From the IMG/VR virus record IMGVR_UViG_3300033124_000732: a stretch of 64,000 bases of DNA; one strand, 5' to 3'. Shown here in pieces: positions 34,094 through 43,628 of the stretch. Source of the DNA: a virus. Its lineage: Duplodnaviria; Heunggongvirae; Uroviricota; Caudoviricetes. A program made the position numbers and the translations under genes. Within the stretch, counting starts at the first letter, position 1. Every line of letters begins with the position of its first letter. A model generated the notes under the pieces. It worked only from the letters and a program-made list of their open reading frames with translations. It was not told where the DNA came from and made no database searches.

Positions 34094-35176
34094 ATGACAG
34101 ATTTATACCATCAAATTTATCAGGGAGAAATATTTCAAAAGAGTCAATGTATTTGGCATGAAAATATGCTCATGAATTTCTTTCGAAGCAATTTGTTATC
34201 ACTTGGATATGAACCACTAAGCGACAATAATAAAGTTTATCAACGTGGCACACGCCAAGTTGTGATATGCCTGGTTGATGATTTTTCAACCTGTAGCACA
34301 AATCACAACACATCGTTGCCTTATCTTTTTGATAAAGACACAGTAGTCATCACAGACAATTACATTACTGTCCCAACTCAATATCAAGTGTGCCAACTAC
34401 CTCCTAGTTTTTTTGGCATATACAATCATACACCGTCTGACGCAAAATGGAACCCTGACAGACGTTTTAATTTTAGTGTAAACAGGTTGGATACTAAACG
34501 TATGTTGGTATTATTAGAAATATGGAACCGTGTTATGTTAATGGCACTTAACGGATTCAAGGTTGACAATTTGGATTATATTAATTTTAATTGTTGGTCC
34601 TGGTCTGGCGACAACGGTTCAGTCAATGGATTGAAAGAAAATTTTACACAGCAATGGCAACAATTGGAATTGCAGTATCAAGAAGTTTATCAACATGTAT
34701 ATGACGACTTGTTACCACACATGCCGTTTTGTAATCATGATCTCGAACACAAACAATCACATTTACAAGCCTGGGCTAATATTGTAATAGAAACTTACAG
34801 TTCGGATACCACTGTAGCCCTCAGTGAAAAAATGTTTAGAGCTTTGTGTTTGCCTGTGCCGTGGATTGTGTATTCGGGCAAACATACTGTGGCATACTTG
34901 CACAGTTTGGGATTTGATGTTTTACATGACTTAATCAATCATGACTATGATAGTATAATTGAAAATAAAACTGCTGACCCTGGAGATAAAATGGTAGTTT
35001 TTATCTTTGAAGGACATGATGCTGTCGAAAAGATTAAAGCTACGTCGTGGCCTGAACTATCTCAACGCTGTGAACAAGCCGCACAGCATAACCAAAATTT
35101 ATTAGCGCAAATGCAATCCAACTGGCCTACAGATTTTGCCAACTGGTGGCCCAGTGTAATTGAAAAAATAAAATAA
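34094..35176 (+). CDS. hypothetical protein (360 aa), paralog of 37377..38324
   Basis: ORF 33695..35176 trimmed to the Met at 34094 because the upstream part overlaps minus-strand genes. C-terminal block SEKMFRALCLPVPWIVYSGKHTVAYLHSLGFDVLHDLINHDYD aligns with the corresponding block of 37377..38324. Confidence 0.55.
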   Translation: MTDLYHQIYQGEIFQKSQCIWHENMLMNFFRSNLLSLGYEPLSDNNKVYQRGTRQVVICLVDDFSTCSTNHNTSLPYLFDKDTVVITDNYITVPTQYQVCQLPPSFFGIYNHTPSDAKWNPDRRFNFSVNRLDTKRMLVLLEIWNRVMLMALNGFKVDNLDYINFNCWSWSGDNGSVNGLKENFTQQWQQLELQYQEVYQHVYDDLLPHMPFCNHDLEHKQSHLQAWANIVIETYSSDTTVALSEKMFRALCLPVPWIVYSGKHTVAYLHSLGFDVLHDLINHDYDSIIENKTADPGDKMVVFIFEGHDAVEKIKATSWPELSQRCEQAAQHNQNLLAQMQSNWPTDFANWWPSVIEKIK

Positions 35177-36711
35177 TGTGCGGCATATTGTTTGTGAAAA
35201 GTCAGCGGCCTCTTGACCTTGACCTACACCTACAAGCAGTTGATAAAATACATGCTCGTGGCCCAGACTTCACACATTACCAGCATCATGACAATATTTT
35301 TATAGCGCAAACTGTGTTACATATCACAGGTGAAGATGAGTTTTATCATCGACCACGATCAGACTTCTTGGCCTACAATGGTGAAGTTTATAACTATCGT
35401 TGGTTTGGCCGATACACTACAGACACAGAATTAGTGTATCGCACTGTGCGAGAACAAAACTACAAAAAGATTCCGTACTTTGAAGGTCCTTGGGCTTGGG
35501 TGTACACTGATTTTGAGTCAGTGAGATTTGCAACAGATCCACAAGGCGAGCGTTGTTTGTATCGATATCAAGACGATGATATTTTGATTGTTAGTAGTGA
35601 AGTGTCGGCAATCTTGTGTTATACACAGCCCAAAATTCAAGTTGACGCATGGAGTCAAAAGCACTGGCCTACCATACGCCGCACACCTTATCAGGGCATT
35701 GAACGCTGTGAACCAGGTCGATTGTATACCGAAACTGGCTTGAGTTTTCAGCTTGACAGCATGTTTGACTGGGTCCAAGCACCACAGTCTATGAGTGACT
35801 CAGAAGCTCAAGAAGAATTTGATTGGATATTTAACAAGGTCATAGCAGACATGCGCCCTACGGAACCTGCAGGATTGACCTTTAGTGGTGGCGTGGACTC
35901 TGGAATCATACTGGCTGCCATGCCGGAGTTTGCGGGATTGTATACCACAGTGTGTGAAGGCAAAGACACTGTGAGCATGAGAATTAGAGATTTCTTAACT
36001 GATCAACAATGTCAAAATCTCACTGAGTTGCCCATGACCGAACGTGACTGGGCACAGGACTATGTTGACATCATTGAGTGTTCACAAATGCCTGTGCAGA
36101 GTTGGAGTTTTGTTGGCCAATGGCACATTGCTCATCACTGTCAACAACGTATCTTGTTTACTGGCATAGCCGCTGATGAATTATTTGGCGGATATCCTGT
36201 GTATCGCAACATGGCATTTGACATCAAAACATCTGCAAGTCCTTACAGTTGTTTTGATCCATCAGACACAGACAGTCAACGTCTTTGGGATCAGTGTGTG
36301 TCTGCGTCACAAGGGCATGCAGGTGCTGCCACACTACTAATGGATTACCTTGTGCAGATCACAGCAGTTGATGCACGTGGCGTAGATACCATGACCATGG
36401 CACACAGTATAGAACCGCGTTCGCCATTCATGCATCCTAAGATTATAAAGTTTGCTCTTAACTTACCTTGGCACTTGAGGCAAGGCAAACCATTATTACA
36501 AAACAAGTTTTTAGAAAAATGGCCTAGAGATTTACTGTTGCCCAAACAAGGATTTGCAGGACACTGCAACGACAGTTTGCCTTGGATGGGGGTACATGTG
36601 CCTGCATCTCTTGATCGATCTGAACAGTGGAAACAGATTCAGTTGGCTACTTTTTTACAATATTGTGGTATTGATTCCAGTCAATCACGTGATCAAACCA
36701 CTCAGGAGTAA
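35176..36711 (+). CDS. asparagine-synthetase-like glutamine amidotransferase (class II GATase plus PP-loop synthetase domain)
   Basis: N-terminal MCGI (catalytic Cys2). SGGVDSGI PP-loop in LTFSGGVDSGIILAAM. 511 aa. The ATG overlaps the upstream stop. Confidence 0.8.
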   Translation: MCGILFVKSQRPLDLDLHLQAVDKIHARGPDFTHYQHHDNIFIAQTVLHITGEDEFYHRPRSDFLAYNGEVYNYRWFGRYTTDTELVYRTVREQNYKKIPYFEGPWAWVYTDFESVRFATDPQGERCLYRYQDDDILIVSSEVSAILCYTQPKIQVDAWSQKHWPTIRRTPYQGIERCEPGRLYTETGLSFQLDSMFDWVQAPQSMSDSEAQEEFDWIFNKVIADMRPTEPAGLTFSGGVDSGIILAAMPEFAGLYTTVCEGKDTVSMRIRDFLTDQQCQNLTELPMTERDWAQDYVDIIECSQMPVQSWSFVGQWHIAHHCQQRILFTGIAADELFGGYPVYRNMAFDIKTSASPYSCFDPSDTDSQRLWDQCVSASQGHAGAATLLMDYLVQITAVDARGVDTMTMAHSIEPRSPFMHPKIIKFALNLPWHLRQGKPLLQNKFLEKWPRDLLLPKQGFAGHCNDSLPWMGVHVPASLDRSEQWKQIQLATFLQYCGIDSSQSRDQTTQE

Positions 36712-37357
36712 TAACAATTTCTGGATGAGCATGGGCATAGGCCACAAAGGCCTGCACACAATCTGATTCATTAGGTGTGACCCATCTGGTCTGGTCACTG
36801 TTGTATTCGTACCAGTACATGCCAAATGGTGCAGCGGAATCTGTCAGCCTAAAAGTAAACAACTGTCCAGGCCGTGCTCCGCATAATCGAGCAAACTGAT
36901 CCAACGTGGTCACAGGCTCAAGATGCTGATACTGATCGGCTCTGTTGACATGTGTGCTTATGAATGCTGGTACAGTTTGAATTTCTGGTATGCGTTCCAG
37001 ACATCTCAATCTACTGTCCCCGGTACCAGGGACTAGTGTACCATCTTGATCCAGCAACAACCAAGGTTTCACAATACCTTGTGTTCGAATATCATGTATC
37101 CACAGATTCAATTTGACCAAGTTAGCAATATCATAATGATTGCGAGCATCGGCAGCAAACCCATCTATGCCGTCGTGATCAAGCCATTCCATGGCCCATC
37201 TGCACAGTTCACCAAGTCGTTGGTTGGTTGGTAAGTTTTGAAATTCTGCGGTTGGATTCCAAAATAAACAATGTGTGCCATTGTGTAAACTGTCATGAAC
37301 AGGATCTTGGTCGCCGGGAAAATGTGCTTCAATTAACGGATTATTCCAGTACATCAA
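36647..37357 (-). CDS. hypothetical protein (236 aa)
   Basis: Convergent with the asnB-like gene (65-nt overlap). No motif recognised. Confidence 0.45.
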   Translation of the reverse strand: MMYWNNPLIEAHFPGDQDPVHDSLHNGTHCLFWNPTAEFQNLPTNQRLGELCRWAMEWLDHDGIDGFAADARNHYDIANLVKLNLWIHDIRTQGIVKPWLLLDQDGTLVPGTGDSRLRCLERIPEIQTVPAFISTHVNRADQYQHLEPVTTLDQFARLCGARPGQLFTFRLTDSAAPFGMYWYEYNSDQTRWVTPNESDCVQAFVAYAHAHPEIVITPEWFDHVIDWNQYHNIVKK

Positions 37358-37376
37358 ATACTTAGTAAATACTCCT

Positions 37377-38324
37377 GTGAACTATGCTGAATTAATTGCC
37401 CATACATTTGATCAATTGGGTGTAGAACTTGTGGCTGAATACAACTGTTTTCAACCCCCTTACAACTCACAATCTGGCTGGCCTCTTCGATTGCCCAATG
37501 TTGAGTTTGGTCCACGCACGTTGATACTGCTACACTTTCAAGACTTTGTTACTCCAGGATTAACAGAATTAGCACAAGTACAATCACACTATGGTCAGCA
37601 TTCTAATCAAGTGGTGGTAACATATTGGAGTCATGGGCTAGATCAGCTGTACTCTGGGCCTATCAATCTTATTGAGTTTAGCAATCATAATCTAGCAACC
37701 TGCGAGACTATTAGAAAACGACAAACAGAATGGCAATATCACTTTGAACAACCTAGATCCATGGCCTGGCAATGTCTGAATGGTAGAAAATGCAATCACA
37801 GATTGCAAGTAGTAAACATTCTTAAAACCTGGCCAGATGGTATTTTAAGTTATGGGGACGAAATATTACTTGACCAATGGAACTATTCTAGCTATCGCGG
37901 TACTGAAAATGACAAAAACTTTGTGCGTCTAGCACCATTGTATTCTCAGTGCTCTGTAAACATTGTTACAGAAACACAGTATGAAGACCGACCCGGCATA
38001 ATAACTGAAAAAACATTGCAGGCAATGATTGCCGGACAGATACCTATTTTGATTGGACATCCGGGTATTGTGCAAGACTGTCGAGAACTTGGATTTGATA
38101 TGTTTGAAGATTTAGTAAACACGTCGTATGATTGGTTGCCCAATGACCGTAGAGTCGAAGAAGCATTAAAACTTAATAAAGAGTTAATACTAGGCAATAT
38201 TGATCTCAAGCCATACCAAGAACGATTGCAACATCAAAAACAATTTGTGCTTGATGTGTACCCTAATTGGATACGAGCAAATTTTGTACGCCAGGCACAA
38301 TCATGTGCGATTAAGATACTTTAA
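37377..38324 (+). CDS. hypothetical protein (315 aa), paralog of 34094..35176
   Basis: C-terminal block TETQYEDRPGIITEKTLQAMIAGQIPILIGHPGIVQDCRELGFDMFEDLVNTSYD loosely resembles the EX7E nucleotide-sugar-binding region of GT-B glycosyltransferases. Confidence 0.5.
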   Translation: MNYAELIAHTFDQLGVELVAEYNCFQPPYNSQSGWPLRLPNVEFGPRTLILLHFQDFVTPGLTELAQVQSHYGQHSNQVVVTYWSHGLDQLYSGPINLIEFSNHNLATCETIRKRQTEWQYHFEQPRSMAWQCLNGRKCNHRLQVVNILKTWPDGILSYGDEILLDQWNYSSYRGTENDKNFVRLAPLYSQCSVNIVTETQYEDRPGIITEKTLQAMIAGQIPILIGHPGIVQDCRELGFDMFEDLVNTSYDWLPNDRRVEEALKLNKELILGNIDLKPYQERLQHQKQFVLDVYPNWIRANFVRQAQSCAIKIL

Positions 38325-38666
38325 CCATTTTTCCAAGTCGTTGTACATGGCTAACATCACTGCCTGCTGGCTGCCAAACAGAACAATTTGCGGATTCTTG
38401 CCAATTTTGATGTAGTAAGGACAATCCAACTTTTTGTCCAAGGTCAGCAAATGTCTAGCAATAGCAACTATGTTAGTCGGAACAGCAAATGAGTATGTTT
38501 CAAACTTCCATGTGCTCAAGGCCATGTATCCAGCATTGGTCAGTCTAAACCCGCCGCCTTCTCTAAAGTTCATCCACCATGATTTACACGCTTCTTCATA
38601 AGTGGGACGATCTTCTTCAGGAAGACCTTGGAGAATTTTCTGTGTAATTTCTTCTTTGGTGATCAC
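38301..38666 (-). CDS. hypothetical protein (121 aa)
   Basis: ORF only. Confidence 0.4.
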   Translation of the reverse strand: MITKEEITQKILQGLPEEDRPTYEEACKSWWMNFREGGGFRLTNAGYMALSTWKFETYSFAVPTNIVAIARHLLTLDKKLDCPYYIKIGKNPQIVLFGSQQAVMLAMYNDLEKWLKYLNRT

Positions 38667-38670
38667 CGAC

Positions 38671-39696
38671 TTACAAAGTAGGTTGATTGTGTTGTGCTTG
38701 GAACCGTTCGGGCCATGCTTCAGTCACTTGTTTTTGTTGCATTCGGTCCGGCCAATGGCCATTGCCACACATATTTTTGCAAATTTCCATGGGATTGGTT
38801 TCCCACCGATCACTCACACGATGAAATAATTCAAGAGCATGATCAAGTCCGTGACTGCTGTGATATTGAGAAAAATCTCCTAGCACTTCTTCAATTTCTT
38901 TTTGTGTTGAAGGCATAGCAGGACCGTATGCATTTTCGTTGATAAAACAACACGGCATATAAAGTCCGTTGGCACTTAAAAACAACTCATCAAATTGCTT
39001 GCCTATGCAATTAATTTTGACCGTGCCAGTGCCTTGATTTTCTTTCCAAGTTTTGGGTTGCTTGAGCCATTCAATTGGCCTAATAAGAGTTCGCTGACTG
39101 ACTTTGACCCCGAATGAATAAAATCCCATGCTCTTGGCCAACTTCCGCGCCTTCAACACTTGATGCTCGTTGTGTTCAAATACAATCATATCCCACACAG
39201 CCACCCCACCAGCATCAATGAATGCCTGAGCATTTTCCATGATCTTTTTCCACACAGTGCGTCGACGATATATGTGATTGGTATCTTCTATGCCATCCAA
39301 ACTAAAAGTCACTGTACTGCGTCGTTCCGGATTGTATTGAAAAAATTGTGCAAGCTCGCGCCACCATTCTTTATTTCTTGTACTACCATTGGTATGCAAT
39401 GCAAAGGTAACAGTGGGATTTACTTCTCTAAACCATCTGAGTATGTCAGTGCAATCTTTGGCCATGGTTGGTTCGCCATGAGTGCCTTCGAATTTAACAT
39501 GCTTGGCTTGTTTTAACCATTCATGATCTATCAAAGTTTTTAACACATCCAAGGTCAATGTGTTTTGTGGTAAGTTAGGATTTTCTACAATACCAAGTTC
39601 TGGATCATCATCTAGATATCTAGAACACTGCGGACAGGCTGCGTTACAGGCTGTTGACAACTCGATATTAAGTTTGGTCGGCCATTTGTCAAACAT
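38671..39696 (-). CDS. radical SAM enzyme (341 aa), possibly SPASM/twitch-type
   Basis: CxxxCxxC in LSTACNAACPQCSRY. Additional Cys cluster (PCCF...CKNMCGNGH) near the C-terminus. Confidence 0.65.
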   Translation of the reverse strand: MFDKWPTKLNIELSTACNAACPQCSRYLDDDPELGIVENPNLPQNTLTLDVLKTLIDHEWLKQAKHVKFEGTHGEPTMAKDCTDILRWFREVNPTVTFALHTNGSTRNKEWWRELAQFFQYNPERRSTVTFSLDGIEDTNHIYRRRTVWKKIMENAQAFIDAGGVAVWDMIVFEHNEHQVLKARKLAKSMGFYSFGVKVSQRTLIRPIEWLKQPKTWKENQGTGTVKINCIGKQFDELFLSANGLYMPCCFINENAYGPAMPSTQKEIEEVLGDFSQYHSSHGLDHALELFHRVSDRWETNPMEICKNMCGNGHWPDRMQQKQVTEAWPERFQAQHNQPTL

Positions 39697-39699
39697 ACG

Positions 39700-39987
39700 T
39701 TATGGATAAATTTTATCACCAGTAGTCAACAACACTACTGAAAACTTTGTGGTTTGAAACTGTGTGTTAAGTTTGCGAGCCAGATTTTTGGCATGTCCAG
39801 GATTTGAGAATGAGACTTTTTTGTACTTAGGACCAGGATACTGAGTAAGCATATTTGAAGTTTTTAAGTTGATTGGTTTGTTTTCGTAAAAAACTGCCCA
39901 TACGCCTTCCGAGGCCAACACTTGCTCGGTCTTGTAAGTTTGTTTGTTGGTGATTTCAATTAACACCTGTGGCTTGGGTCGTGACAT
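39700..39987 (-). CDS. hypothetical protein (95 aa)
   Basis: ORF only. Confidence 0.4.
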   Translation of the reverse strand: MSRPKPQVLIEITNKQTYKTEQVLASEGVWAVFYENKPINLKTSNMLTQYPGPKYKKVSFSNPGHAKNLARKLNTQFQTTKFSVVLLTTGDKIYP

Positions 39988-40018
39988 AGATAAACTCCGT
40001 GTTTATTTATCCCAATAA

Positions 40019-40231
40019 CTATGCAGATTTAAAACTGCCACCTGACAAAACTACCTCAATTGGCTCATTTTGCCTGGCCTGTTCTCTGCGTGATTGTTCT
40101 AGCGCCAACAACAACTTGGTTATATCACCATGCAAGTCTTTGGCATCACGCACGGACATGATAAGATCTTTCTGTCCACGGCTTTCTGCTGCCTTGATTG
40201 AGTCAATAAACCGATTGATGTGCAAACTCAT
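40019..40231 (-). CDS. hypothetical protein (70 aa)
   Basis: ORF with an ATGA overlap to the next gene. Confidence 0.3.
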   Translation of the reverse strand: MSLHINRFIDSIKAAESRGQKDLIMSVRDAKDLHGDITKLLLALEQSRREQARQNEPIEVVLSGGSFKSA

Positions 40232-40563
40232 TTTTTAAGATATGGTTCTAAATTAGGAGGAGTCCAGCCTACTGGCTTGAGTACCTTACCATCTTCGCGC
40301 TTGCGAACCTTGCCTGTTTCTTTGTCGATCTTGGCAAAGTTTGTGGTCATGACTTCCTTCCAGCCACCTTCGGCATCAGCACCATAGCTGTGTAATGCAC
40401 CAATTGTAACAACAAGGATATCCAGCAACGCATCGACTATTTCAACTTCGTCGTCCTCGGCAAGAGCAACCTTGAGCTCTTTGTGTTCTTCTTCGATGAG
40501 AGCACAGTACATATCAAACTGTGTGCCATTAAATTTGTCAACGCTTTGGTCACAAGCCTTCAT
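40228..40563 (-). CDS. MazG-like nucleoside triphosphate pyrophosphohydrolase (putative)
   Basis: All-alpha EExxE...D pattern (ALIEEEHKELKVALAEDDEVEIVDALLDIL). Start set at the internal Met; the ORF track extends to 40647. Confidence 0.5.
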   Translation of the reverse strand: MKACDQSVDKFNGTQFDMYCALIEEEHKELKVALAEDDEVEIVDALLDILVVTIGALHSYGADAEGGWKEVMTTNFAKIDKETGKVRKREDGKVLKPVGWTPPNLEPYLKK

Positions 40564-40576
40564 AAATTTTTCTTGA

Positions 40577-41023
40577 TCACGAAAGGGATTCACTAGCCAG
40601 CTCCTTGGTGTAAAATGGTCCTTGATACTTGTAACGATCAAGTGCAATCAGTTTAGGGTTGCGCACAATCTTCCATGAGCGATGTTGTTTTACTGTGTAC
40701 CATCCGGCTGCGAACCATGACTTGGATTTCTCTTGTTTGGTAAACAGCGGCAACTTCAGTCTCACATTCCACAATCCATTGTAGGTCTTACACCCGGTTT
40801 CATAACCGTGAACTGAATCATTAGGTGGTGGGGTGACTGTTTCGGAAGGTTCAAAAGTGATGTCAATCACTTCTCTAACCATGGGCATGGTCTTGTAATT
40901 GGATACTTGATTTTGTATTTTTACAACATAACCATCTGCACTGGCCTCAATGTTACCAATCTTTTGATTGTTTTGTTTGAGAATCCAGTATTGATTGTCA
41001 ATTACTGGTTTTGCTACTATCAT
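40577..41023 (-). CDS. hypothetical protein (148 aa)
   Basis: ORF only. Confidence 0.45.
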   Translation of the reverse strand: MIVAKPVIDNQYWILKQNNQKIGNIEASADGYVVKIQNQVSNYKTMPMVREVIDITFEPSETVTPPPNDSVHGYETGCKTYNGLWNVRLKLPLFTKQEKSKSWFAAGWYTVKQHRSWKIVRNPKLIALDRYKYQGPFYTKELASESLS

Positions 41024-42057
41024 TTTAACACTCCTTGATATGTTTGATTCAGCCAGCGACCAATTGGCTCTGCTTGGTCACTCAGCTTGGTGAGTTCATA
41101 CTTGCCACAGAATTTAAGAAAGTGTGCGCCCACCATGCCCGTGTCTTTAGCACTGACTTGTTCACTGATCACAGCATCCACAGTATCTTTCACTTCTTGT
41201 GGTTGTGCAGTGAGGTCAATCAGTGTGACATTACGTTCGTAGTCGTCAAGCACCTTGTGTTCTTTTTCTTCGTGGTCAGTCCAACGTTGCAACATGAGAT
41301 TGTTCCAATTGTAGCCTTTTTTGTTGCGATCTTCAAATGCTTCTGTAATGCCCACACGATTCTTTGTGCCTTTAACTGGTGCACCAGGGTATGCCGAGAA
41401 CACATTGTCGCCGGGATCACCGCGTACACATTTCAAGAACAACACCCACTTCTGATAGTCAGTTGGAGCCACAAAGTCTTTATCAGCTTTGCCTACTTTG
41501 ATCTTGGAATTGCTTTCAATTGTAAAGCTCAATTTGTTGCCTTTGGCATCTGTTACGCCATTAACACTGAACAGGTGATCGTTTATGCCATTGTACAATT
41601 GCACATTTGGTGCAACCAACTGAACGAAGTCTGAATCACTGCTAACGATAATATGTTCATCTTGGGGGTGTAGTGCAATCCAGCGGCCTATGATATCGTC
41701 CGCTTCTGCTGTTGCGCAACGGATCACGCTACAATTTGTTTTCTCAGACAAGTATTTAGTCAGTTCATCATAGGTTTCCCAAAACAACTTGTCCTCTTCT
41801 GCTTCAGTTTCGCTCATGGCACCACGTGCCACAGCACGATTGGCTTTGTAGGGTTTGTAGTGGTCTTTGCGCCAGCTGCGTCCTTCCAATGCAAAAACCA
41901 CATGGTCTACACCAAAACGTCTAGCTACTTTATTAGCACTCATCATGGTCAAGTGCAGTGCAAAGCCTAATTTAGTCCATGTGTCGCTAGCCCTGTGCGC
42001 CGAATGGCGGGCACGGAAGAACATGTTGGCAGTATCAATCAGTAGATATTTCATCAA
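41020..42057 (-). CDS. 5'-3' exonuclease / flap endonuclease (T4 RNase H-like, FEN family)
   Basis: YLLIDTANMFFRA N-terminal block, EADDIIG and SSDSDFVQL acidic clusters typical of PIN-like 5' nucleases. Confidence 0.75.
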   Translation of the reverse strand: MMKYLLIDTANMFFRARHSAHRASDTWTKLGFALHLTMMSANKVARRFGVDHVVFALEGRSWRKDHYKPYKANRAVARGAMSETEAEEDKLFWETYDELTKYLSEKTNCSVIRCATAEADDIIGRWIALHPQDEHIIVSSDSDFVQLVAPNVQLYNGINDHLFSVNGVTDAKGNKLSFTIESNSKIKVGKADKDFVAPTDYQKWVLFLKCVRGDPGDNVFSAYPGAPVKGTKNRVGITEAFEDRNKKGYNWNNLMLQRWTDHEEKEHKVLDDYERNVTLIDLTAQPQEVKDTVDAVISEQVSAKDTGMVGAHFLKFCGKYELTKLSDQAEPIGRWLNQTYQGVLK

Positions 42058-42763
42058 ATCGGTCCAGAAGTTTGTGTTGCTTTAAGTATTGTAACACATA
42101 TTCCGACCAAAATCTATGACCATTGGCTCCAAAGTGATAACTTTTGGGATTCACATGTTCGAATCCGTTGTTTTTTAGTATGGCATTCCAACTGTGTTCT
42201 CTTGAGTAAGGTTGGATGTAGTGATTTTGCCAATCTCTTTGATTTGGCATATCACTGAATGTGCTGTTACCGCTGTAGAAAAGATGCCGCACATTAAGGT
42301 CTTTTAGTCGACAATGCAGATGCCAGATTTTATTGTGCCACTCATCTGTTTTTTGATTCCAATTCACATCCAAAATGTACTGACGATATCTAGCTTCAAG
42401 TTCTGGTGGCACCATGTCTACACCACTGGCATTTACTTGATAGTGCTTGCCTTCGAACACCCATTCTTCTCGTTCCCATGTGGTCCATTGAATCACCATC
42501 ACAGTATCATACAAGCGGCTATAATTGTTGTGAATCCAATCTGTAGTAGTGCGCAGTATACGATCATTGCTGGCTGCTGTTTCGGCATCACAGTAAAATT
42601 CAGTGTTGAGCAATCGACTCAAATTCTTGCCCCAGCTGGCTTCCAAGTTGATGGGATGAGGGCGGCGGTCAATGCCGTATCGGCCATCATCCACAGCAAA
42701 CGCATCAGGAACCACTGCTTCTGCAGCCGCTGTGTGACTGCATCCATTTACATATAATATCAT
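42035..42763 (-). CDS. GCSH-motif protein, paralog of 5858..6448
   Basis: N-terminal YVNGCSHTAA, 242 aa. Confidence 0.55.
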   Translation of the reverse strand: MILYVNGCSHTAAAEAVVPDAFAVDDGRYGIDRRPHPINLEASWGKNLSRLLNTEFYCDAETAASNDRILRTTTDWIHNNYSRLYDTVMVIQWTTWEREEWVFEGKHYQVNASGVDMVPPELEARYRQYILDVNWNQKTDEWHNKIWHLHCRLKDLNVRHLFYSGNSTFSDMPNQRDWQNHYIQPYSREHSWNAILKNNGFEHVNPKSYHFGANGHRFWSEYVLQYLKQHKLLDRFDEISTD

Positions 42764-43236
42764 CGTTGTAGTAATACTTTTTCTGTTTCGGCAGCCACCA
42801 CACGCTTGCGCAGGCTTGAACTTGAGAATGAATGATCTCTGCTGTTAAACACATGCTCAATGTGTTGCCCAGCACCTTCATTGCGACCAGTAAAGTTAGT
42901 ATCTTCATATTCTCGACCAAGTATGCGTACATCGATTGGCAAGGTTAGTATCAAGTCAATTAGGTCTTGTTCGGTAGTGTACACAACAATTTCGTCTACA
43001 AATCTACATGCACTCAATTGTATCTGGCGTTCCACAATGCTTTGCACAGGGGGATTTTTAATTCCCGGTCGGTCAATGCTGGCATCTGTTTGCAGGCCTA
43101 CAATTAGATAATCGCAATGATTTTTTGCTTCAGCCAACATGGCAATGTGTCCTGCATGTAGCATGTCAAATTGACTGAATGTGATGCCGATTTTTTTACC
43201 TTCGGCTTTGAGGTCTTTAATGTGATTGAATATCAT
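42760..43236 (-). CDS. cytidylyltransferase-like nucleotidyltransferase (HIGH-motif; TagD/RfaE-domain-II-like)
   Basis: FSQFDMLHAGHIAMLAEA (HxGH motif), 158 aa. Confidence 0.6.
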   Translation of the reverse strand: MIFNHIKDLKAEGKKIGITFSQFDMLHAGHIAMLAEAKNHCDYLIVGLQTDASIDRPGIKNPPVQSIVERQIQLSACRFVDEIVVYTTEQDLIDLILTLPIDVRILGREYEDTNFTGRNEGAGQHIEHVFNSRDHSFSSSSLRKRVVAAETEKVLLQR

Positions 43237-43619
43237 CCTATTTCGCTCCGTCCGTCTCCGAGATCACGTTTTTGCACATACATGCCGGAGTTTTTAATTG
43301 CTTGTTCTTGTTCCCATGTTTCCATCACAACATGTCGGCACACATTTTGAAACCATCGATCCACAATCTCGCCGTCACTGTCAGCAGGTTTCAACATATA
43401 GCCAGCCTTGACCAGTCGTGCCACAAAGATTTCGTTCCAGTCTAGTTCAAATGCACCTTGATGCAGGTTGTTGGGATCCACATCCATACTAAGCACAGCC
43501 ACATAAGGCTCGCCCTTTTCTGTAGCAAGTTGCTTTTCTGTTTTTACCGGTACCTTGGGCTTGGTCTCGGCCTTGACCTTGGGCTCAGATTTCTTTTTAA
43601 ATCTATCAAAAAATCCCAT
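43233..43619 (-). CDS. hypothetical protein (128 aa)
   Basis: ORF with ATGA overlap. Confidence 0.45.
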   Translation of the reverse strand: MGFFDRFKKKSEPKVKAETKPKVPVKTEKQLATEKGEPYVAVLSMDVDPNNLHQGAFELDWNEIFVARLVKAGYMLKPADSDGEIVDRWFQNVCRHVVMETWEQEQAIKNSGMYVQKRDLGDGRSEIG

Positions 43620-43628
43620 ATAGTTTCC

